Source of the DNA: Kiritimatiellia bacterium
Lineage (GTDB): Bacteria > Verrucomicrobiota > Kiritimatiellia > RFP12 > DVOR01
Assembly (NCBI GenBank): GCA_036651955.1
Contig: JAVVWU010000002.1
Span: 6,459-70,458, forward strand
Direction: 5' to 3'
DNA length: 64,000 nucleotides
Each line of letters begins with the position of its first letter. Within the stretch, counting starts at the first letter, position 1. Under the pieces are notes generated by a model. The model searched no databases. It was not told where the DNA came from and saw nothing but the letters and a program-made list of their open reading frames with translations. A program made the position numbers and the translations under genes. Below, piece after piece: positions 49,885 to 59,255 of the stretch.

Positions 49885-50604
49885 ATGAATGTTCTTGTCG
49901 TAACTCCAACTTATAATGAACGTGAAAACATTGAAGCTTTTGTAAAGGCAGTTTGCACTGCACTTCCAAATGCAGATGTTTTAATTGTTGATGACAACTC
50001 TCCTGATGGCACTGGCGCTTTGGCAGAAGCACTTGCGACAGCAGATTCTCACGTGCAAGTGCTTCATCGTAAACGTAAAGAAGGTTTAGGACGCGCTTAC
50101 GTCGATGGATTTCGTTGGGCACTTACGCGAAATTATGACTGTATTGTGCAAATGGATGCCGATTTCTCTCATGACCCTAAAGAATTACCACGCCTTGTCG
50201 CAATGATAGAAACTTGTGATCTTGTAATTGGATCACGTTATTGTAATGGTATTCGCGTGTTGAATTGGCCTTTGCGGCGCTTAATGTTGAGTGTCGGGGC
50301 AGGAGTTTATGTGCGATTATTGACACGAATGCCAATTATGGATCCCACCGGTGGATACAAAGTCTTTAAGCGAAAAGTGCTTGAAGCGATTGATTTGTCG
50401 TCCATTTCATCCGATGGATATGCGTTTCAAGTCGAAATAAATCATGCGGCGTGGCGTGCTGGTTTTCATTTATGTGAAGTGCCGATTGTTTTTGCCGATC
50501 GTATCGCTGGAACGTCAAAAATGAGTCTTTCCATCGCGTGGGAAGCTTTTATCCAAGTGCTACGACTTGCCATTCATCGTCGAAGTAATAAAACTGTCGT
50601 TTAA
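49885..50604 (+). CDS. Dolichol-phosphate-mannose-synthase-like GT2 glycosyltransferase
   Basis: VVTPTYNEREN...VDDNSPDGT. Confidence 0.8.
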   Translation: MNVLVVTPTYNERENIEAFVKAVCTALPNADVLIVDDNSPDGTGALAEALATADSHVQVLHRKRKEGLGRAYVDGFRWALTRNYDCIVQMDADFSHDPKELPRLVAMIETCDLVIGSRYCNGIRVLNWPLRRLMLSVGAGVYVRLLTRMPIMDPTGGYKVFKRKVLEAIDLSSISSDGYAFQVEINHAAWRAGFHLCEVPIVFADRIAGTSKMSLSIAWEAFIQVLRLAIHRRSNKTVV

Positions 50605-50654
50605 GAATAAGCTGTTATCTAAGAGAATTGCGCATTTGCGTTTGATCGCAAACG

Positions 50655-51428
50655 TTACGCGCGATCTTGTGGGAATCTAAATTCAGAGGACAGGGAGTCG
50701 AGCGTTTTAAGCGCACGGTCTTTTGAGCGAAGATAACAAGACTCTAATGTCTTTAGAAGATCTTCTGTGCCACGCCAATAGGGAAGTGTTCCTAATCGTT
50801 TGGAAAGAAGTCCGTTGATGGTTGCAGGGGCAAGATGTAAGATTGTGTTTTCATCAAGAATTTCAGGCTTGATATGGGGCATGGGATTGGACAATTCAAT
50901 TCCACGGAAGCGTAAGAAAAGGAGCGGATCGGCACTTATCGCATCAATAAAAAGATAGAGCGTTGCTGCAAGATGCTTACACGGACGCGACCAATCTTTA
51001 CAGGTACATTCAAAATGCATATCAGATTTTTTCCGCGGGAAAAGTGAAAGCCCTTGCCGTTGAAGCTCGGTTTCAATGCTGATAGGAAGTCCATGTGTAT
51101 AAAGTTGAGCGGTGATGGTGGGATGTGTTTTTAGGAAGTTAGACATTAACGCAGCGTTTAGTTCTGGCATTGTAATGACAATTTGATAGGGTGCTTCGGA
51201 GGCTCCTTGAACTTCTGCTGTTAATTTCCCCGGAATGAGTGTAAGCGTTTTAATTTGTCCAAGTTGGGCATAGTTTCTTCCGCGTCCTAATCGCGCACCC
51301 ATTCGCAGGCTTTCAAGATAGGTAATCCATTGTTGCCGCCACCAAACATTTTTGCGTGAAGATTGAAGCCTTAGACCGCCATGAACAGTCTTTGCAATAC
51401 GAGGCGCGTAAATATGTTTTTGAGACAT
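50655..51428 (-). CDS. SWIM zinc-finger protein
   Basis: CTCKDWSRPCKH CxC...CxH motif. Confidence 0.7.
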   Translation of the reverse strand: MSQKHIYAPRIAKTVHGGLRLQSSRKNVWWRQQWITYLESLRMGARLGRGRNYAQLGQIKTLTLIPGKLTAEVQGASEAPYQIVITMPELNAALMSNFLKTHPTITAQLYTHGLPISIETELQRQGLSLFPRKKSDMHFECTCKDWSRPCKHLAATLYLFIDAISADPLLFLRFRGIELSNPMPHIKPEILDENTILHLAPATINGLLSKRLGTLPYWRGTEDLLKTLESCYLRSKDRALKTLDSLSSEFRFPQDRA

Positions 51429-52024
51429 TATTCGTTCTCAATGGTTCCGGAACAGAGAAAATCAAAAGAGATGACATCGCCACCACGACCACTTTCATCG
51501 TCTTTTTCGTGAACGCGAAGTTTGAATGGGCGCATGGTACCATTCGTACGTATCGTGATAGAAAACGTAGAGGCGGTCGTCTTTTTTTCTGTTGAAAGAA
51601 CGGAAGTACTATTTTCGATGTTGTCGGTGTAATTGAGAAATTCAAATCCGACGAGATCGTAATATTTGGTAATGGCGACTTCTTCTACACTGCCACCTTG
51701 TACGGCAGTACGCATGGAAGAGGGGGCAGAAGCTGAAGCAGGCACCGTTGAGCTTGACTTCTCTTCAATATTTGATGTTGTCACATGCGAGTCATCGAGT
51801 GGCGAAGAAAGCGCAATAGATCCAGGTGAAAATGTTATCGTTATAGGTTGCTGTGTTTGAAGTGCCATATTTCTTGCATAGCGCATGAGACGAAGTGAGT
51901 CTTTTGCCGCCATGGAAATTTGTACACTTGGAACCATCGAAAATGAGGGAACAATAATGGCCATCATCGTAGCGAGGATGGCCAGTACAATGAGTAATTC
52001 AATGAGCGTAAAACCGCGTCGCAT
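51428..52024 (-). CDS. Prepilin-type N-terminal cleavage/methylation domain protein (pseudopilin-like)
   Basis: MRRGFTLIELLIVLAILA class-III signal sequence. Confidence 0.7.
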   Translation of the reverse strand: MRRGFTLIELLIVLAILATMMAIIVPSFSMVPSVQISMAAKDSLRLMRYARNMALQTQQPITITFSPGSIALSSPLDDSHVTTSNIEEKSSSTVPASASAPSSMRTAVQGGSVEEVAITKYYDLVGFEFLNYTDNIENSTSVLSTEKKTTASTFSITIRTNGTMRPFKLRVHEKDDESGRGGDVISFDFLCSGTIENE

Positions 52025-52515
52025 TAAAGTACGTTCGCAATAAGAACACCAGCCAAAACAAGGATAACAATAACGGCAAATACGATAATGGCATTGAGCA
52101 TCTTCTTGCTCTCAGACTTCTTGGCAAATCCTTCGGTTGTACGCGTGGCTGTTGCGGGACGCATGACAATGGTTGTCCGAGGAATACTGTCAATCGACTC
52201 TGTAACTCCGGCATCGGCTTCGGGGACATCATCGCCACGAATGGAAATGGAAATATCTCCGAGCGTAATAACATCATTGCGATGAATTGTCGCTATTGTG
52301 ATTTTTTGATCGTTGACGCGTGTACCATTGGTGGAGTCCAAGTCTTTTACACGCCAACCGCCTTCACTCCGTTCAATCAGACAATGTTCGCCTGAGACAG
52401 ACGCGTTGTTAACAACAAAATCATTGGCGGCATGACGCCCGAGACGGATTTGTTCTGCCGTCCACTCATAGGTTTTGCCAATTTCATCGCCATTCAGAAT
52501 TGTGATATTCGGCAT
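52024..52515 (-). CDS. FHA-domain protein with a C-terminal TM anchor
   Basis: FHA core (GR..N, SGEH, TNGT). Hydrophobic tail. AAGGAGG RBS. Confidence 0.75.
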   Translation of the reverse strand: MPNITILNGDEIGKTYEWTAEQIRLGRHAANDFVVNNASVSGEHCLIERSEGGWRVKDLDSTNGTRVNDQKITIATIHRNDVITLGDISISIRGDDVPEADAGVTESIDSIPRTTIVMRPATATRTTEGFAKKSESKKMLNAIIVFAVIVILVLAGVLIANVL

Positions 52516-52520
52516 AAAGC

Positions 52521-52580
52521 CCTCCTTAGGAAATCAATGGAATTATAGCATAGAAAATGCAGATAAACGCAGATGTGCAT
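52521..52580 (-). promoter_or_regulatory. Sigma-70-like promoter (-10 TATAAT at 52542-52547 on the minus strand) and RBS for the FHA-pseudopilin-SWIM operon
   Basis: Reverse complement reads ctatgcTATAATtcc...AAGGAGGgctttATG. Confidence 0.5.
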
Positions 52581-52621
52581 CTTTGTTCTCTAAAATGTTT
52601 CTCCGTAAGCGTGATGAAACA

Positions 52622-53245
52622 TTACGTCATGAGAAGGTTTAAGAGATTAAAACTTCCATGCAGTAAAATCCCGGGAACTAATGAGCGTTCGCGTTGTGCA
52701 ATGGAGCCTAAGAGAAAACCAAAGAAAAAAAGAGGCAAAAAGAGTGCGAAAGAGCCATGCGCAAATGCAAAGAGTGCGGCGCTCACAGGAATGCCGAATC
52801 GCGGAAGCGATGTTTGAATAATACCGCGAAAGAGAAACTCTTCAACGACCGGAATGGCTCCACATAATAGTAGTGCCATGACAATGAACGCGCTCCCATT
52901 GAGTGCCTCCATTTGCGTCAGGGCCGGTTGCACCTGTTCAGGCAAAAGAATGCCCATGATGCCGTAGAGCCCTAAGAGTAATCCGCCGAAGTAAAGGAGT
53001 AGTCGTCCTATCAATGGAACAATCTTAAAACGTTTTTCGACCTGTCGTTTGCAGATCGTAACATCTGTCATTAACTGAACGATTGTGGGCAATGCCAAGA
53101 GTACAATTGAAACAATCGTTGAAATGAGGAAGTTGGAGAAGGTAACGGATTGTAACGGTTGTGGTGATGAGATTTGGCGCATATTTAATACGCCAAAAAG
53201 CAGTGTGATTCCACAAGCTATCAAAAAAGGTAACCGTTGAAACAT
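52622..53245 (-). CDS. CPBP-family (CAAX/Abi) intramembrane metalloprotease
   Basis: EEFLFRG motif 1 and an FxxxH block. Start chosen at the TAATG overlap with the upstream gene. Confidence 0.7.
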   Translation of the reverse strand: MFQRLPFLIACGITLLFGVLNMRQISSPQPLQSVTFSNFLISTIVSIVLLALPTIVQLMTDVTICKRQVEKRFKIVPLIGRLLLYFGGLLLGLYGIMGILLPEQVQPALTQMEALNGSAFIVMALLLCGAIPVVEEFLFRGIIQTSLPRFGIPVSAALFAFAHGSFALFLPLFFFGFLLGSIAQRERSLVPGILLHGSFNLLNLLMT

Positions 53246-53820
53246 TAAAGTAAGTCCTCTAATTCGGCATCGTTCCATGCGGGCAATGCCAGAATATGTT
53301 CCAATAAAAGTCCGCAGGCGACAGCATCATAAAAGGCATTGTGCGGAGAACGTCCCGGCACTAATTCTGTGAGACGTGGCAATAATCCAAGCATCGGAAT
53401 CAGATTTTCTAAAGCATAACTGGAAAGGTTTGGATAGACTCGGCGCATCAGTGTCAACGTATCGACCCACTGCGGATAATGTGTCATAGGCGCAAGACGT
53501 GCCAAAAGCGTTCGTTCGGTGGAAATATTATGCGCGACTGGAATTGACACGGAAAGGAGTTGGTTCAAATGTTGCCAAAGGCTTGAAAACGTCGGAGCTT
53601 CCGCAAGAACTTCACGATGAAGTTGATAATCGCCGGGAACAATTGACGCGAAAGGATGTGTCATAGGTACGTTTAGATACGTGTCTATTAAAGGGGCGGC
53701 AAGATCAATCTTACCGCCACGAAGGGAGACAACACCTAATTGCCACGGAAGATTGGGATACCCTTTAACGTTCCCCGTGGTTTCAAAATCAATTGCCGTA
53801 AACGTCTGAACAATCTTCAC
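53245..53820 (-). CDS. DnaQ-like 3'-5' exonuclease (DEDDh)
   Basis: FTAIDFETTG exo I and a H..YDA exo III motif. Confidence 0.75.
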   Translation of the reverse strand: MKIVQTFTAIDFETTGNVKGYPNLPWQLGVVSLRGGKIDLAAPLIDTYLNVPMTHPFASIVPGDYQLHREVLAEAPTFSSLWQHLNQLLSVSIPVAHNISTERTLLARLAPMTHYPQWVDTLTLMRRVYPNLSSYALENLIPMLGLLPRLTELVPGRSPHNAFYDAVACGLLLEHILALPAWNDAELEDLL

Positions 53821-55247
53821 TTCACCTCATCCAAGGGAATCCGTAAGAAGTAATGATAGCTTTCATTGCTTTCATAAAGAACGCCAATGGCATTCTTTCC
53901 AACCGGCGCCAGCGACGAATACCCCCATGTGGCGCGCGGATCGTAACAGATCCCTGCCGACCATGTCTTTCCGTCATCTGCTGAAACTTTGAGCGTCATC
54001 GTATCCCGTTTCCCTGAATTAGGATTCGAGAAATAGAGTTTATCGCCAATTCGTAACATTGCGCCTTGGCAGACCGGCTGACGCAACCGCCCTGTTTCCG
54101 TCGAGCTATTGGGATCTTTCATCCACGTAGCACCTAAATCTTTGGTAATTCCTGCTGCACGCCATCCACCTGCACCTTCACGCGTGTTAAGAACAATCGA
54201 ACCATCTTTCAATTCCGCACACGTTGATTCAGATCCGCCCATTTCCATTTCTTTAGAAGAGGTCCATGTTTTACCATGATCTTTGGAATAGACTAATACG
54301 CCATAATGCTTTTTCCCCCAAATTTGTGCAGGAAATACCAACGTGCCGTCCTTCATTGCGATACCGTTGCCGGGACCTTGAAAAACGCATCCCCACTGTG
54401 CCGTATCGGCATCTTTCATTCGTTTCACATCCGTTGTGATATTGATGGGATCGGACCACGTCTTTCCTTCATTGTCGGAATACGCGAGATAGAGTTGCCC
54501 GCATATCTCAGGCTTATCTGACCCTGCCGCCGACCAAATGGGGTTGCCTTTTTTGGAGGCGAGTACTGCGGCGATCCAAATCCGATTATTGGACGGATCC
54601 ACGAGGATACAAGGGTCTCCAATTCCTTGTCCGCCAGAAAGTCCTTTGTAATTCATTGCCGTATGAATGGGCGACCAAGTGTTGCCTTGATCTTTTGAAG
54701 TGCTTACTCCCACAGTGATATCTGCAGGCAAATCGCCCGCATGGTTATAGCGATTATCAAAAACAGCAACCAGTGTTCCCTTCATTGTTTCTACAATACC
54801 GGGAATACGAAACGCCTTACAAATTCTTTTAGTATCTTGAATCTTTTGCCCCGGACGCGTAACAATACTACCGATGCGAATGGCAGCACCTTCAACCATC
54901 ACCTTACGTGAAAGATCGGCTTTGGGAGATAATTCCAAATAGAGGTCAAATGTTGTTTCTTTGGCTGTAACAGGCATCTTAAACGAATAAACATTCCCAA
55001 TACCCGATCGCCCTTGAACTTCTCCCAAGCGGACTTTCTTCAAATCGCTTGCCATTGTTCCTTGAAATGAAACTTTTACGGTTTCAGTTTTTGCTGCACC
55101 ATCTGCTGTTACTGTAACCTTTGCGACCGATACGTCATCGCGTCCAATAAATGCGGGGATGCCTGTGGGTGCAACCTTAATGGCGGTTACTGCCGCAGGT
55201 AGAGTGGCACATACAAGAAGAGCAACGAACGTAAGTAATGTTTTCAT
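53817..55247 (-). CDS. Secreted GH33 exo-alpha-sialidase (BNR/Asp-box)
   Basis: Signal peptide, a FRIP motif, and five SxDxGxTW Asp boxes. A longer start at 55316 is possible. Confidence 0.85.
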   Translation of the reverse strand: MKTLLTFVALLVCATLPAAVTAIKVAPTGIPAFIGRDDVSVAKVTVTADGAAKTETVKVSFQGTMASDLKKVRLGEVQGRSGIGNVYSFKMPVTAKETTFDLYLELSPKADLSRKVMVEGAAIRIGSIVTRPGQKIQDTKRICKAFRIPGIVETMKGTLVAVFDNRYNHAGDLPADITVGVSTSKDQGNTWSPIHTAMNYKGLSGGQGIGDPCILVDPSNNRIWIAAVLASKKGNPIWSAAGSDKPEICGQLYLAYSDNEGKTWSDPINITTDVKRMKDADTAQWGCVFQGPGNGIAMKDGTLVFPAQIWGKKHYGVLVYSKDHGKTWTSSKEMEMGGSESTCAELKDGSIVLNTREGAGGWRAAGITKDLGATWMKDPNSSTETGRLRQPVCQGAMLRIGDKLYFSNPNSGKRDTMTLKVSADDGKTWSAGICYDPRATWGYSSLAPVGKNAIGVLYESNESYHYFLRIPLDEVK

Positions 55248-55740
55248 AAAGTTCCTAAGTAAGGCAGTTATAAAAGTCAACCTTGGCAGTCTAACAAAAT
55301 CTAAATACTTTGACACACTTTTGACATGTTATTGACAGAAGTATACTCAAGTACTCGTTATAAACGAGAGTAGTCAAATCTTCGACTTCCAGTTCCCGCG
55401 CTTCGTCCTGTAACATCCTTCTTCAACGGAGGCGCTACATATTATTTACTTTGGCACTGCGATTCTCTTGATGCCGCTTACCCTTCTAAGAGCATCATTC
55501 GTATCGGATAATGGAGGAAAGATTGTCCGAAGTGGAGTGTCTGGCTCTCTAAAGTAGGTAGGATGGATGATCACGAAGCGGAATTTATAAAAGTTGGATA
55601 TTTGAAATATTCTGTAGGGTAAGCGCAGAGTCCTGTTCCAATGAATGAAGCGGTCTGTGTCCAAGAGTGTACAGGGAAACTGTTTATTACAGGTAGTAAG
55701 AGCGTAGTGCCCTCAAAAGTTGATATAGTAGGAGAAATGA

Positions 55741-57627
55741 TTGGAGACTTTTATGAAGTACATGATGACAATGTTTTTCATCGTTATTGCTGGAGCAATA
55801 GCACGCGCCGAATATCTTTTGCCGGAAACGATTGCAATGGCTCCAAATGGGGAGCGGATTTTGATTGGAGAGCGTGGCGCAGGGCGCGTCTCTGAACGTG
55901 ATTTTACGGGTAAAGAAGTCGGGGCGATTTCGGCAACGAAAAAGGTTGGCGGGTTCCTTGGTTTTTTCGGTGAAAAAGTGACCTTGCCTGTGACAGGGGT
56001 GACCTATGCACCTGACGGAACCATTTTTTACACGGCTGAAGATGGGAACGAAGGACGCCTTTTCCGCGCAGATGGTTCGTCAGTTATTTCGGGGAATCGC
56101 CCGATGACACCCACCGTTTCGGCAGATGGGCAATTTGTATATGTCTGTAATCGATTTGATGCGAACGTTAAGAAGTTCAATGCAAAGACATTGAAAGAAG
56201 TCGCTTGTGCGAAAACGATTCGTGAGGCAACGGGCTGTGCTTTAGGTAAAGACGATAAACTTCTTTTCGTTATCAATTTATTGCCTGATGCGGCAACAGA
56301 GCCCGTGGGGTGGGTGGCGGCACGTGTAACGGTGATTGATACCGCAACGTTTAAGGTGCTGGATCATGTGCAGTTGCCAGATGGCTCAACGGGTGTTCGT
56401 GGCATTACCGCTTCACCTGACGGTAAGTACATTTATTGCACGCATACACAGGCGCGCTATCAATTGCCAACGACGCAACTTGAACGTGGCTGGATGAATA
56501 CGGCGGCACTGTCTGTTTTTGATGGTGAAACGGGACGTTATGTGAATACGGTGCTACTGGATGATGTGGATTTTGGCGCAGCGAATCCATGGGGTGTCAC
56601 GGTGACTCCGAATGGCGTGTCGATTGTTGTGACGCATGCCGGAACGCGTGAGATCAGTGTAATTGACCGTGACGCTTTGCATCGTCGCCTTGAGGCGGCT
56701 GCCGCAGGACAAAAAGTGACAGAGGTTACCTCTTCTGCAAATGAAGTGCACAATGATCTTTCATTCTTGTCGGACATTCGGCGCCGCTTTGATTTTCCTG
56801 CCGATGGTCCACGCGGCGTTGTCGCAACGAATGATAAAGCATATGCCGTTTGCTATTTTGCCGATGCGCTTGTGGAAGTCCCGTTTAATGAGCGTGTCGT
56901 TCGCCCCGTGGTACGTCCGCTGAATGGTACAGCGCTGATTGATCTTTCCAAGGATCGTGTCTTACGTGGTGAGATGTTGTTTAACGACGGATCGATGTGT
57001 TTTCAAAAGTGGCAGAGTTGTGCCACATGTCACCCCGATGGGGTGGTGGATGGCTTTAACTGGGATTTGCTGAATGATGGGATTGGTAATCCAAAGCAAA
57101 CAAAGAGCCTTTATCTTTCCGGATTTACACCTCCAACAATGATTACAGGTATTCGTAAAGATATGGCGCATTGTAATCGCGCCGGTATTCGGCATATTCA
57201 ATTTTGCGCACGTCCCGAGGAGGATGGTATTTGTTTGGATGCTTATGTAATGTCGATGAAACAGCAAGTGTCACCTTTTGCACGGGATCAAAAGGCGATT
57301 GCACGTGGTAAGGTGATTTTTGAAAAGGCTGATTGTAACCGTTGCCATAAGCCCGATTACTATTTCACGATGGCAAAGAATCCGGCGGATGGATCGCAGG
57401 TGCCGTTGTTTAATCTTGGTTTAGGAACGCGTGACGAAGTCGGACAAAAGTTTGATGTGCCGACGTTGTGCGAGGTGTGGCGGACGGCGCCGTACTTGTA
57501 TGATGGACGTGCGCGAACAATGATGGATGTTTTGACAACGTGGAATATTGAGGATATGCATGGAGTTACTTCCGATTTGTCGGAGCAGGAACTCAAAGAT
57601 CTTGAAATTTACATTCTTTCCCTTTGA
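55741..57627 (+). CDS. Secreted beta-propeller protein fused to a di-heme cytochrome c (cytochrome-c-peroxidase/MauG-like) domain
   Basis: Signal peptide, YVTN-like repeats, CATCH and CNRCH heme-binding sites. Confidence 0.65.
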   Translation: METFMKYMMTMFFIVIAGAIARAEYLLPETIAMAPNGERILIGERGAGRVSERDFTGKEVGAISATKKVGGFLGFFGEKVTLPVTGVTYAPDGTIFYTAEDGNEGRLFRADGSSVISGNRPMTPTVSADGQFVYVCNRFDANVKKFNAKTLKEVACAKTIREATGCALGKDDKLLFVINLLPDAATEPVGWVAARVTVIDTATFKVLDHVQLPDGSTGVRGITASPDGKYIYCTHTQARYQLPTTQLERGWMNTAALSVFDGETGRYVNTVLLDDVDFGAANPWGVTVTPNGVSIVVTHAGTREISVIDRDALHRRLEAAAAGQKVTEVTSSANEVHNDLSFLSDIRRRFDFPADGPRGVVATNDKAYAVCYFADALVEVPFNERVVRPVVRPLNGTALIDLSKDRVLRGEMLFNDGSMCFQKWQSCATCHPDGVVDGFNWDLLNDGIGNPKQTKSLYLSGFTPPTMITGIRKDMAHCNRAGIRHIQFCARPEEDGICLDAYVMSMKQQVSPFARDQKAIARGKVIFEKADCNRCHKPDYYFTMAKNPADGSQVPLFNLGLGTRDEVGQKFDVPTLCEVWRTAPYLYDGRARTMMDVLTTWNIEDMHGVTSDLSEQELKDLEIYILSL

Positions 57628-57640
57628 ACAGGAGATAGTT

Positions 57641-58633
57641 ATGATTACGCGTTTGAATGGAACTCTTTGGCCGACATTAGAGGCCTCTGTCCCCGCGGTA
57701 GAGCTGGCTTGTAATGGATGGGGTTCCCCCGCCTCTTTAATGAGTGTGCACACACGCGAAATTCCCGGCATTTGGCTTTGCAATGGAATGACTGGGACTT
57801 GTCCTGCCGTAGCGCAACGGGTGTTTCTTTCGGGAGCGCCAGTATCTGTCGTAATGCAAGACGGACGACCGGTTGGCACACGTTACGAAGATGAGTTTGC
57901 CGAATACATTTTGTTAATGGGAGTCTATCCCAGTGATAAAACGGCATCACGTACAGAACAAACGACCTCAGCATTTGAAAATATTGAAAGCGCATTGAAG
58001 AGTGCCGGTTTCGATTTTCATAATGTGGTGCGCACGTGGTTGTATATGGATCGTATTCTTGAATGGTATGATGATTTTAATCGTGCGCGTGATGCGTTCT
58101 TTGAAAGTCGCGGTATCTTCGGTGGATTTGTCCCTGCAAGTACCGGTATTGGAACTGCAAATATTGAAGGTGCGGCAATTGTTACGGGTGCGATTGCCAT
58201 GCGTCCGAAAATCGGACATCATGGGAGTGCGAGCCGTGCAATGGTTGAATCTCCGCTTCAATGTCCGGCGTTAGATTATAGTAGTACGTTTAGTCGTGCC
58301 GCTGAAATTGTCACACCGATGGCGCGGACAATCTTTGTCTCTGGTACCGCCAGTATTGAGCCTGAAGGCGCGACGGCTTATGTGGGAGATATCAAACGTC
58401 AAATCGCCTTAACGATGGATGTTATTGCTGCTATTCTGAAAACACGTGATATGACGCTTCGAGATACGGTGCGTGCAATTGCCTATATTAAGCATCACGA
58501 AGATCGTCCTGTCTGGCAGGCGTGGTTGAAGGAGCATGGATTGCCTGCCGAGTTTGCGCAAGAAGTGATAGCCGATGTTTGCCGTGATGATCTTCTCTTT
58601 GAAGTTGAACTGGATGCTGTAAAGAAAGTCTAA
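57641..58633 (+). CDS. Tandem RidA/YjgF-family (endoribonuclease L-PSP) domain protein
   Basis: Two RidA-like halves. AGGAG RBS ahead of the ATG at 57641. Confidence 0.7.
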   Translation: MITRLNGTLWPTLEASVPAVELACNGWGSPASLMSVHTREIPGIWLCNGMTGTCPAVAQRVFLSGAPVSVVMQDGRPVGTRYEDEFAEYILLMGVYPSDKTASRTEQTTSAFENIESALKSAGFDFHNVVRTWLYMDRILEWYDDFNRARDAFFESRGIFGGFVPASTGIGTANIEGAAIVTGAIAMRPKIGHHGSASRAMVESPLQCPALDYSSTFSRAAEIVTPMARTIFVSGTASIEPEGATAYVGDIKRQIALTMDVIAAILKTRDMTLRDTVRAIAYIKHHEDRPVWQAWLKEHGLPAEFAQEVIADVCRDDLLFEVELDAVKKV

Positions 58634-58637
58634 GTTT

Positions 58638-59255
58638 ATGCGTAAATGTGCGGCAATCCTTTTGCTTCTTCTCGCCGCGCTTGCTGTCGCACTGGCATTT
58701 CCTCCTCTTCATTGGCTGTTAAAAACGCTCACGGCAAATATTGTACTGTGGGGACTTTTAATTGCCTTTCTCGTGATTACTCTCCGTGCGCTTTATCAAA
58801 AGCGTTGGATAAGTGCACTGTTTCATATGGGAGGGCTTGCGTTGATTGTCGGCGGTGCGATTACTGCCGGATGGGCAAAGGAATCGACGCTCAATTTGGT
58901 GGATTTTGCGTATGCCGATATAACGCAACGGAGCGCAATGGTCGGCGGAGAGCAAGTTTCGCTCAAGACCTTTCGCGTTGAAAAATATCCGAATGGAATG
59001 CCTCGGCAATATTGTACGGAACTTCTGTTTGACGACGGGACGTATGAACTCTCGGTGAATCGGCCGCTAAGGCGTAAAGGGTATGCTTATTATCAAATGT
59101 CCTATGGCGTATGGGGGCAAGATTATGATGGATCACCGATTTACTTTACATCGTTGTTGATCCGCCATGATCCCGGGGTGAAGATTGTTTTCATCGGCTA
59201 TGGTTTATTGACGTTAGCGGCATTGCTGATGGCACTTCGGGAGATACGGCAATGA
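58638..59255 (+). CDS. Short ResB/CcsB-like cytochrome c biogenesis protein
   Basis: Membrane protein upstream of ccsA. 205 aa, shorter than typical CcsB. Confidence 0.55.
   Translation: MRKCAAILLLLLAALAVALAFPPLHWLLKTLTANIVLWGLLIAFLVITLRALYQKRWISALFHMGGLALIVGGAITAGWAKESTLNLVDFAYADITQRSAMVGGEQVSLKTFRVEKYPNGMPRQYCTELLFDDGTYELSVNRPLRRKGYAYYQMSYGVWGQDYDGSPIYFTSLLIRHDPGVKIVFIGYGLLTLAALLMALREIRQ

Noticed and set aside
55480-55500. TGGCACtgcgattctcttg upstream of the cytochrome gene, considered as a sigma-54 promoter.
   Set aside because: There is no GC dinucleotide at the -12 position.
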